A stretch of DNA of 64,000 bases from IMG/VR virus record IMGVR_UViG_3300044591_002232, positions 62,001 through 126,000 of that record. The stretch is one strand, 5' to 3'. Position numbers and translations under genes: made by a program. This document shows positions 25,301 to 33,405 of this stretch, in pieces. The stretch's first letter is position 1. Each line of letters starts with the position of its first letter. Under the pieces are notes generated by a model. It made no database searches, was not told the DNA's origin, and worked only from the letters and a program-made list of their open reading frames with translations.

Positions 25301-25476
25301 CTTTTTATTTTGTTGAAATAATACTAGGAAAGATCAGGCCAGGCCGTTGTATCGGCTGATACCAAACGGCCATCAGCGGATCTTATCAGTCGAATCCTGG
25401 AAACGGTAGCGGTTGATACAGAACGGCGAGCCGAAACGTGGGATTATTAAAGGGTCAAACAACCGGAGCCGATCCG

Positions 25477-25884
25477 ATGACAACCGCCACTCTCAACCGT
25501 TACACTCTCAACTGGGAAGCCTACTCTACGTGGCCGCCTGCTGATGATGACATCGGTGGAATCTACACCGATTGTGTACACTTCTACGCTGTTGGTGGAT
25601 ACAAGTTTGAGGTATCATTCCGCATCGGTCAAGGTAGGCAACTGGGCTTGCTTTTCTGTGAGGTTGTTATGGTTTATCCTAACCGGATTGATACCAATAA
25701 GTTGCATTATTGCATGGGGCAGTTTTATAAAAACAGTGGCGCAAAATTGTTTGCCCAATTTGCTCTGAACCACTTTATTGAGACGGAAACATGGAGCGTA
25801 TGCCCATCATTTCAGCCGGTTGATTATATCGATGGCGAGCCATGTACGCTTGGCGGTGATGAGATCGTGAGCGAAATTATCTGA
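25477..25884 (+). CDS. Hypothetical protein
   Basis: ATG 25477 after GGAG. Confidence 0.7.
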   Translation: MTTATLNRYTLNWEAYSTWPPADDDIGGIYTDCVHFYAVGGYKFEVSFRIGQGRQLGLLFCEVVMVYPNRIDTNKLHYCMGQFYKNSGAKLFAQFALNHFIETETWSVCPSFQPVDYIDGEPCTLGGDEIVSEII

Positions 25885-25955
25885 GTTAGGTACATCAGGG
25901 GAGGGCACAGTCTCTCCCCTAATTCTCTCAAACCTCCTATCTCCCAGTGTTAACA

Positions 25956-26189
25956 ATGGCCACAGAATACGCCACTCCAGCAGACTTCCAACGGTGGGAA
26001 GATCATGCTAAAGTGTTAGATTGTTACAGTCTGGTTCATGTTATCAAAGACTGTCAATCTGCGGCCCGCAATATGAAGGGCTGGAATAATGTAAGGGAAG
26101 GTTACTACATCGACCAGGCCTGTACTTATGGGATGGAGCTAACACGTAGGAACCGACAATTGCCTGCTGGTTTGCGTCATCGAGTCTGA
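25956..26189 (+). CDS. Hypothetical protein
   Basis: ATG 25956; followed by hairpin 26200-26237. Confidence 0.7.
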   Translation: MATEYATPADFQRWEDHAKVLDCYSLVHVIKDCQSAARNMKGWNNVREGYYIDQACTYGMELTRRNRQLPAGLRHRV

Positions 26190-26260
26190 CACAGTTAGTA
26201 TCACGAACTCACCCCTAATCTTCGTGGGTTCGTGATATTATTACAGTTTATTACGAGCAG

Positions 26261-26289
26261 TTGACAGTATGGGCGGGGTGTGGTATGAT
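26261..26289 (+). promoter_or_regulatory. Near-consensus sigma70 promoter
   Basis: TTGACA-17-TATGAT with TG extension. Confidence 0.7.
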
Positions 26290-26672
26290 CGCGGCCTGGG
26301 CCTAATCCATAAGCCCCCATAAAAATCAAAGCCTTTTAATCCAAAAGTCAATATAGGGATACAATTAGGCCCCCTTATATAACCCGATAATTTTTCATAA
26401 AATACTTTCAACCAAAAATGACTTTTTATTTACAATATTATCAAAAAAATCGCAGGGGAGTTTTTTACGAAAATACCCCTTTAATAGAAATAAAAGGATA
26501 TAAGATAATAGAAAGAATATTATTAAAAAATTTAAACTAAACCCCCATTTTCCACCAAAAACCCGAATCAATTTCCCATAAACCAAAAAATTTCCGCCGG
26601 GTAAAAATCGTCATAAATAGTCGGCTCATAAAAATGACGCGAATTTAACTTAATTATTAGGAGAATATTAAA

Positions 26673-27665
26673 ATGCCACGAGGTTTCACAGTTAAATCAA
26701 AAAATACATCAGATAATCTTGATTTTCAGGATCTAGAAAATCATATCAAAAGACTTTCTGAAGAAATTCAAAAAAATTCGTCTAAACAAGAGTCGTTCTT
26801 ACCAGAACTACAACAATACCAGCAACAACTTAATGAATATTATAATAAAGTAAAAGCCAAGATGAGGGGTAAGAAAATCGTTTTCTGTCTTCCTGGAAGA
26901 TCTTGTTCTTATGCATTTCTAAAAAGTTTTGTTCAACTATGTTTTGATCTAGTGAACAATGGAATGGGAATTCAAATTTCTCAGGATTATTCTTCCATGG
27001 TGAACTTTGCAAGATGTAAGGTTCTTGGCGCGAATGTCACAAGTGGTCCCTGGCAAGAACCCTGGCAAGGAAAACTAGAATATGATTGGCAATTATGGAT
27101 CGATAATGACATTGTTTTTAATTCTGAAAAATTCTGGCAATTGTGTGATCTTGCCGTAAAGGACGTTCCTTCTGAAAAAGAATTTGATAAAGAAGAATAT
27201 CCTCTATGGGAAGTTTCTGATGAGGAACTTGAATCTATGCACAAGTCAGATTTTAATGTACGAAAAGAGCGGGTTCGGCGTTTGTCGAAATATGTGAATC
27301 CTATGGTGAGTGGCTGGTACAAAACTGAAGACGGACGGACTACCTCAGTGGCTCATTGGCTAGAAGCCGATGATTTTGTAAAAAACGGTGGCGTTATGAA
27401 TCATGAGACCGCCGAAAGTATTTCTAAGAGAAAGAAGCCTTTTTCTGTCGATTATGTTGGTGGTGGGTGGCTTATGATCTCTAAAGGAGTTTTTGAGAAT
27501 ATCAAATATCCTTGGTGGGGTCCTAAACTTCAAACTTTTGAGAATGGGATATCTGACTATGCAGGTGAGGACGTGTCACATGCGTTAGACGCAAAAGAAC
27601 TCGGTATTGAGATTCTAGTTGACCCTAGGATATGGGTAGGCCACGAAAAAATTAGAATTTTATAA
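26673..27665 (+). CDS. GT-A fold glycosyltransferase-like protein
   Basis: WIDNDIVF DxD motif, GGGWLMI, GEDV, VGHEK; late promoter TAAATA at 26614. Confidence 0.8.
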   Translation: MPRGFTVKSKNTSDNLDFQDLENHIKRLSEEIQKNSSKQESFLPELQQYQQQLNEYYNKVKAKMRGKKIVFCLPGRSCSYAFLKSFVQLCFDLVNNGMGIQISQDYSSMVNFARCKVLGANVTSGPWQEPWQGKLEYDWQLWIDNDIVFNSEKFWQLCDLAVKDVPSEKEFDKEEYPLWEVSDEELESMHKSDFNVRKERVRRLSKYVNPMVSGWYKTEDGRTTSVAHWLEADDFVKNGGVMNHETAESISKRKKPFSVDYVGGGWLMISKGVFENIKYPWWGPKLQTFENGISDYAGEDVSHALDAKELGIEILVDPRIWVGHEKIRIL

Positions 27666-27755
27666 TACTATTTATAAAAAATCTCATAATACCCTAATAA
27701 GACTTCACGGGAGAGTACTCCGTGTATAACGGGGGGTTGATAAATCGGAGGACCC

Positions 27756-28949
27756 GTGTTACAATTCATGGGTCCTTCACACGACATAAAAATGCAAAAA
27801 ATAAAAATTAAAGAGCACGCTGGTTACTATTTCTCCTATGATCCAGAAGATCCTACGGTTCCAGTAACCATCAATAGTAACTGGAGAAAAACGGGTAAAA
27901 CACCAGCCGTTATTAACGAAACCTATAGCCGTCCTCTAAAGTCCGCCGATGATAGGGACCGGCTATACGTAACCATCGCAACCATGGGTAAAAAAGAAAG
28001 ACTTTATCTTGATACCCTGGTTGCATCCTACCTTGTCCCCAACCCTAATAATCACAAAAGAGTAATCCATAAAGACGGGAGCATCTACAATTGCCACCCA
28101 TCCAATCTAAAATGGGCAACCGAAAGTGAATTTAGAGAATTTGCTGTTTCAATAAATCGGGCAAAGGGTCGTACCAAACAATTTCTTGCCACCTATAAAG
28201 ATGGAACCACAGAAGTTGTAACGGGATTTTTAAACTTCCTCGACAAAAAAGGAATAACCGAACACACTCTCTATCGTCTTCGTAAAGGAGAAATTAGTGA
28301 ATATAATGGTCTGGTTTCTTTTGAAGAGATTAAGCGAACAATAAAAGGTAGATCACCTAAAAAAGAACCCCTCCAAATTGATCTAACTGGTTTCGATATT
28401 GTAGAACTAGACGATTGGCCCGGTTATTATGTTGTCTATAAAAAAGACGATGTTAATACTCCTGTAAGAATCTTCAGTAAATGGAAAAAGGAAAAAGAGG
28501 GAATGGTTTTGTGCGAGAATTTTGTAAGAGAAACTACCCAACACATTCATAAGACGGGATATCCCGAAGTTAACATGAAACTTCCCGGTGAAAAGAAGAT
28601 CGTCAAGAAATTACATCGTCTAGTCGCAAAACAATTGGTCGAAAATCCTGATCCAGAAAATTTTGTTACTGTTGATCATATTGACTGGAATAAATTAAAT
28701 AGCCACCCATCTAATCTTCAGTGGATGACATCTGCCCAGAATTCGGCCAAAGGAGGCCCCACAGAAGATGGAGTTTATGTTCCGAAAAAATATGAAATTA
28801 CATATGCAGATGGTCGAAAAGACGTTGTTGACAATTTAAACAAATTCTGTAAGGATAATAATTATTCTCATGGTTGTGCATATGCAATGGCCAATGGTAG
28901 AAATTCTATTCATAAGGACATCATAAAAATCCAAAAAATCGAAACATGA
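27756..28949 (+). CDS. Homing endonuclease with two tandem HNH modules
   Basis: VIHKDGSIYNCHPSNLKW and VDHIDWNKLNSHPSNLQW, each followed by a NUMOD1-like domain; start may be 27756, 27768 or 27792. Confidence 0.8.
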   Translation: MLQFMGPSHDIKMQKIKIKEHAGYYFSYDPEDPTVPVTINSNWRKTGKTPAVINETYSRPLKSADDRDRLYVTIATMGKKERLYLDTLVASYLVPNPNNHKRVIHKDGSIYNCHPSNLKWATESEFREFAVSINRAKGRTKQFLATYKDGTTEVVTGFLNFLDKKGITEHTLYRLRKGEISEYNGLVSFEEIKRTIKGRSPKKEPLQIDLTGFDIVELDDWPGYYVVYKKDDVNTPVRIFSKWKKEKEGMVLCENFVRETTQHIHKTGYPEVNMKLPGEKKIVKKLHRLVAKQLVENPDPENFVTVDHIDWNKLNSHPSNLQWMTSAQNSAKGGPTEDGVYVPKKYEITYADGRKDVVDNLNKFCKDNNYSHGCAYAMANGRNSIHKDIIKIQKIET

Positions 28950-29077
28950 TAAATATCCTGTATAAAAACCGAATAATTTACAATCACATACCAGACGAAG
29001 AAGTAAATAAAATTCTTCTTGAACTGGCACTTAATGATGACATTGATGAAAACGAAATTACAATTGAGGAAATTTAA
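28946..29077 (+). CDS. Small acidic conserved hypothetical protein
   Basis: Read manually, 43 aa, ATGA overlap. Confidence 0.6.
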   Translation: MINILYKNRIIYNHIPDEEVNKILLELALNDDIDENEITIEEI

Positions 29078-29209
29078 ATGAAAGCCAAGAAAACACAAGA
29101 CATCAATCCGGTACAGAAAAAGAGCCGACAAGGAGCCGGTCGTAATACTAAATATGCGGCCACTAGTCGTAATAATGCACGTAAAGTTTACAGGGGCCAA
29201 GGAAAATAA
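29078..29209 (+). CDS. Small basic conserved cyanophage-type protein
   Basis: KKSRQGAGRNTKYAATSRNNARKVYRGQGK. Confidence 0.7.
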   Translation: MKAKKTQDINPVQKKSRQGAGRNTKYAATSRNNARKVYRGQGK

Positions 29210-29792
29210 TATTTCCAATAAAGAATGGTCTATTATAAATCCAAAAGATCTTTGGGTGTATAATAAACTTCAACTATCCAAAAGTCTTGGATATAATTGT
29301 GGTCCATGTGGAGTAGACGTTTTAGAATCGAATTATTACATAATCCGCCCCGCCATAAACTTTTGTGGTATGGGGCGGTTTTCACGTATTGAATGGTTAG
29401 AAAATTCGACCGATGACTTGCATCCAGGTGAATTTTGGTGTGAAGTCTTTCAGGGAGAGCATTTGAGCGTTGACTTTATTGATAAAAAACCACTTCTTGT
29501 GGTAAAGGGCTATAAAAACCCAAAGAATCCTTCTTATAAGTGGAACTGTTGGCAAAAAGTGGATAAAGAAATTACCTTTCCAGAAATATTAAACGAGTTG
29601 GTTGGTGATTATCCCTGTATAAATTGCGAATTTATTGGCGGGAAACTGATAGAGGTCCAATTTAGAAGAAACCTAGATTTTAGATGGGGTAATTCTATAG
29701 CAATTCCCGTTTGGTCTGATGACCAGAAACACAGTAAATTAAAATTTGTAAAAGACGAAGATTACTTAAGACGTGGATTTTTTATTGATTAA
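29154..29792 (+). CDS. Conserved hypothetical protein (start uncertain)
   Basis: DLWVYNKL...GYNCGPCG...HPGEFWCEVF...LIEVQFR. Confidence 0.7.
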   Translation: MRPLVVIMHVKFTGAKENNISNKEWSIINPKDLWVYNKLQLSKSLGYNCGPCGVDVLESNYYIIRPAINFCGMGRFSRIEWLENSTDDLHPGEFWCEVFQGEHLSVDFIDKKPLLVVKGYKNPKNPSYKWNCWQKVDKEITFPEILNELVGDYPCINCEFIGGKLIEVQFRRNLDFRWGNSIAIPVWSDDQKHSKLKFVKDEDYLRRGFFID

Positions 29793-29814
29793 ATGAACTA
29801 TCCGGGATTTCCCC

Positions 29815-30195
29815 TTAGTTCGATTTTGGATCATAAATCATCGTATCAGAAACCGAATAATCTTTATTTCTTCCTGTATTCGGTTTAAAGCCTTTTTTTC
29901 TATAAAAAGTATCTAATTTCTTTTTATACCCCTTTTCGGCCTGTGGGGTAAGAGTAACTCTTTTATTCTGTTTCTTTGCGACGTTTTGCATGGCCCTGAC
30001 TGCTCTAGAGCCAATTCCTTGACCTCGCTTTTCTTTAGGTACTTCTAAGGTTTGAAGTCTTATCGTATCACCATGACTTGGATAAGAATGGAGTTTCATA
30101 CCAGGATGCTTTCTTTCCCAGTTTTTGGCAGTTGTTTGGGGAGCATCTGGTTTTGGTGTTTTTGCCTCGGTTATAAACTCCTTATAAGTCTTCAT
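29815..30195 (-). CDS. GNAT-family acetyltransferase with capsid-targeting-like leader
   Basis: RGQGIGS acetyl-CoA motif A, FYRKKGF; N-terminal MKTYKEFITEA. Confidence 0.75.
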   Translation of the reverse strand: MKTYKEFITEAKTPKPDAPQTTAKNWERKHPGMKLHSYPSHGDTIRLQTLEVPKEKRGQGIGSRAVRAMQNVAKKQNKRVTLTPQAEKGYKKKLDTFYRKKGFKPNTGRNKDYSVSDTMIYDPKSN

Positions 30196-30806
30196 TTGTC
30201 ATCTTCCACATATTTAACAGAATGTCTATACCCACCAATCTCCTGATCCATTCGGTCTGCTCGGTTTTTTGCTCTTTTTTTATTTTTGTAAGGTTTTCCT
30301 ATAGGCCTTGACTCTGAATCACTAGAGCCATGGGGGTCGGGTCCATAAATTTGATAAGGAGCCTCTGTTAAAATATCAACCAGCCATTCGTCACTCATGG
30401 CCTCTAAAATTCTGGTAGCCGATTCATAATCACTTACATAACCCTCAGAAACTAGAATGTCTATAATGTATTCAATATTTTCTGACATAGAAAAGGCTTT
30501 TTTTAATTTATCTTGAAGTTCCCTCTTATCCTGTTGTCTATGCAAATAAGTATTAGTTTTTGTCCCAGCTGTTCTTTCTTTATCCAGAGAAGGATTTTTC
30601 TTATGTCTAGACACTCTCATTTTATTAACAAGATTTGCGGTATCCTTATCCCTGATCATAATAGTATTATCCTTATCAATTCCATGAGCATTATCGGCCC
30701 ATCTAATATTTCTTCTTTTTTGTTTATCATCTTTGCTCATATTTAAATGAACTTCTGCCTTATTGGCCTCATAAACCGCCAAATAGGCCTCAAATAACTC
30801 GTCCAT
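30192..30806 (-). CDS. Putative internal head protein
   Basis: MDELFEAYLAVYEA; SEGYVSDYESATRILEAMSDEWL domain; minus-strand TAAATA at 30835-30830. Confidence 0.65.
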   Translation of the reverse strand: MDELFEAYLAVYEANKAEVHLNMSKDDKQKRRNIRWADNAHGIDKDNTIMIRDKDTANLVNKMRVSRHKKNPSLDKERTAGTKTNTYLHRQQDKRELQDKLKKAFSMSENIEYIIDILVSEGYVSDYESATRILEAMSDEWLVDILTEAPYQIYGPDPHGSSDSESRPIGKPYKNKKRAKNRADRMDQEIGGYRHSVKYVEDDK

Positions 30807-30914
30807 GTATTTTTCTTTATACATAAAACTATTTAGTATCGACCTAAATACCACTGGTGATTCAGAAACCACCCAAAAAGTTTCTCTTAAAACTCAATTT
30901 AAGGAGACAAATCA

Positions 30915-31109
30915 ATGACTGATCGTAATGCACAATTTATGAAAGAAATGTGGGGAACCACTTCTCTTGTAACTGATTATAAACCAGAAAAAAAGAAACT
31001 TCTAAGAGAAGTTACTGATGAAAAATTCAAAAAAGAAGAGGAACAAAAAGAGACCGAACTTTTTGATGCCTGGGATTATGGCCTGGATTCACTCACTCTA
31101 AATACCTAA
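30915..31109 (+). CDS. Conserved hypothetical protein
   Basis: AGGAG RBS; MKEMWGTTSLVTDY. Confidence 0.7.
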   Translation: MTDRNAQFMKEMWGTTSLVTDYKPEKKKLLREVTDEKFKKEEEQKETELFDAWDYGLDSLTLNT

Positions 31110-31114
31110 TAAAA

Positions 31115-31507
31115 ATGGCAATTCGGACCAGTAGGCAGTTTAAAGATATCAGTGCAACCTTTCAAATTAATCCCTTGAATAAGGATGCGATTGCTATTAA
31201 AAATGAAACTGCCATCTCCAGGTCCGTTCGTAATCTAATTTTTACTCAGATCGGTGAGATTCCATATTCCGATATTGGAAGTTCTGTAAACAGACTTCTA
31301 TTTGAGAATATAGACTCTTTCACCTCAACCGCACTTGAAAGTGAGGTACGAAATGCCCTTACAAATGAACCCCGAATAAATGTCAGAGAAGTCATCATTA
31401 CACCAGATTTTGATAACAATGCATTTAATGTAAGATTGACCTATGATATCATCGGAATTGATGTTCCACCTCAACAGTTAACCTTGGCCCTAGTTTCAAC
31501 ACGATAA
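31115..31507 (+). CDS. gp25: Baseplate wedge subunit gp25
   Basis: AISRSVRNLIFTQIGE...NEPRINV; late promoter at 31099; precedes gp6. Confidence 0.9.
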   Translation: MAIRTSRQFKDISATFQINPLNKDAIAIKNETAISRSVRNLIFTQIGEIPYSDIGSSVNRLLFENIDSFTSTALESEVRNALTNEPRINVREVIITPDFDNNAFNVRLTYDIIGIDVPPQQLTLALVSTR

Positions 31508-33405
31508 TGGCTCTTACTCAGTTTACTAATCTAGATTTTGATCAAATTAAGGTTTCTATTAGAGACTATCTAAGAGCCAGTTCAGAATTTACTGATTATG
31601 ATTTTGAAGGATCTAATTTTAGTATTCTGATCAATACTCTGGCCTATAATACCTACATCAATTCTTATAATGCAAATGCGATTGCAAATGAGGTCTTTCT
31701 TGATAGTGCTACTCTAAGAGAAAATGTCGTCTCTAGGGCCAAAGAGATTGGCTATCTTCCAAGATCCAGAACCGCAGCGCGGGCTAATATTTCATTTTTT
31801 GTAGATACCAATAATTTAACTACTAATCCTTTAACTCTGACTCTTAAAAGAGGAACCGTGGCGGTTTCTTCTTCTCAATTTAATGGAAGAAACTTTACTT
31901 TTTCAATTTTAGATGATATTACTGTTCCGGTTGTTGATGGTCTGGCCTTTTTTGATAATATCACGGTTTATGAAGGTAATTTTATTGTAGAAAACTTCAC
32001 TTTTTCTGGAAATCGGAGATTTATTCTTTCAAATATTGGAATTGACACTTCTTTGATTTCTGTTACTGTAAGAGAAAGTGAGCAATCAAACTTTTCTTCT
32101 AAGTATAACCTTAGTAGGGATATTTTTGAGGTCAGATCTGATTCAAAAGTGTTCTTTATTCAAGAAATTGAGGATGAATATTATGAAATTTTCTTTGGAG
32201 ATGGTATTTTTGGCAAAAAACTAGAAAATAATAACTATATTGACATAACTTACCTAACATCATCAGGTGAAGAGGCTAATGGTGCTCGGTCTTTTTCATT
32301 TTCTGGTCGTATTTTTGATAATAATGGAGGCATTGTTAACAATGACATCTCCAGAATCACCGTCAACACCCCTGCATTTGGTGGAAAATCCATCGAAAGC
32401 CTAGATTCTATCAAAAGATACGCCCCGAGGCTCTATTCGGCCCAAAATCGGGCTGTCACGGCGGCTGATTATGAGGCCATAGTACCTCAAATTTATCCCG
32501 AAGTCGAGTCAATTTCGGCCTTTGGAGGTGAAAACCTGACTCCACCTCAATTTGGTAAGGTTTTTATCAGTATAAAGCCCATAAATGGCGAATTCTTATC
32601 AAATAATGTAAAAGACAACATTAAAGCTGCTCTCAGAAAGTATGCAGTGGCCGGAATTGTTCCTGAAATTATTGATCTTAAGTATCTTTACATCGAATTT
32701 GACACGTCTGTTTACTATAATCCCAATTTTACGGTCTCCCCAGAGGCCCTAAGGTCCAATTTGATTGAGATTATTCAGTCTTATGCAAAATCAACCGAAT
32801 TAAACAAATATGGTGGAAGATTTAAGTATAGTAAATTTCTTAATTTAATTGATGAATCATCCGAGGCAATTACTTCTAACATCACAAAGATCAAAATTAG
32901 AAGAAACTTGAAAGTGGAGGTCAATAAATTCGCCACATATGAAATTTGTTATGGAAATGCGTTTCATATTAGAAATCAAAATGGAAATAATATAAAATCC
33001 TCTGGTTTTTATATTCCTGGGATCAATTCAGTCGTTTACTTGGCCGACCTTCCTTCTTCTAATGATTCTGGAAGTCTCTATCTGTTTACTCTTTCTGATG
33101 ATGAATCAATTAATATCGTTAGAAGAAACGTAGGTGAAATTCATTACACCAAAGGAGAAATAATTTTATACCCAATAAATATTAGAGATACTGTTAAAAA
33201 GTTTGGTTTTGATAATATTATAGAAATTGCAGCAATTCCTAGATCCAATGATGTGATTGGATTACAGGATCTCTATTTACAATTGGATACCTCAAATAGT
33301 ACCGTAAACATGATTGTTGACAATATCTCATCCGGCGCAGACATCACAGGATCAAACTACATATCTACATCAAGTTACCTAGAAGAAAAAATTATTAGAC
33401 GATGA
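31507..33405 (+). CDS. gp6: Baseplate wedge subunit gp6
   Basis: LDFDQIK...DYDFEGS...LAYNTY; RAVTAADYE. Confidence 0.93.
   Translation: MALTQFTNLDFDQIKVSIRDYLRASSEFTDYDFEGSNFSILINTLAYNTYINSYNANAIANEVFLDSATLRENVVSRAKEIGYLPRSRTAARANISFFVDTNNLTTNPLTLTLKRGTVAVSSSQFNGRNFTFSILDDITVPVVDGLAFFDNITVYEGNFIVENFTFSGNRRFILSNIGIDTSLISVTVRESEQSNFSSKYNLSRDIFEVRSDSKVFFIQEIEDEYYEIFFGDGIFGKKLENNNYIDITYLTSSGEEANGARSFSFSGRIFDNNGGIVNNDISRITVNTPAFGGKSIESLDSIKRYAPRLYSAQNRAVTAADYEAIVPQIYPEVESISAFGGENLTPPQFGKVFISIKPINGEFLSNNVKDNIKAALRKYAVAGIVPEIIDLKYLYIEFDTSVYYNPNFTVSPEALRSNLIEIIQSYAKSTELNKYGGRFKYSKFLNLIDESSEAITSNITKIKIRRNLKVEVNKFATYEICYGNAFHIRNQNGNNIKSSGFYIPGINSVVYLADLPSSNDSGSLYLFTLSDDESINIVRRNVGEIHYTKGEIILYPINIRDTVKKFGFDNIIEIAAIPRSNDVIGLQDLYLQLDTSNSTVNMIVDNISSGADITGSNYISTSSYLEEKIIRR

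Larger units (their letters stand above)
20995..25388. promoter_or_regulatory. Second operator family (box II, YVATMAG-N5-CTKATCR)
   Basis: Copies at 21017, 23442, 24127, 24699, 25370; tandem partners 22 bp upstream at 20995, 23420, 24677. Confidence 0.75.

Noticed and set aside
19410-25320. Element B array as a CRISPR array
   Set aside because: Spacing is 550-1275 bp and contains genes, the repeats diverge, and no cas genes are present.
27700-27785. Possible tRNA or tmRNA
   Set aside because: No cloverleaf, T-loop consensus or acceptor stem; better explained as RBS hairpins.
27665-28949. Group I intron carrying the HNH gene
   Set aside because: The upstream gene ends normally (GHEKIRIL*), no split exon is seen and no P7 core motifs were recognised.
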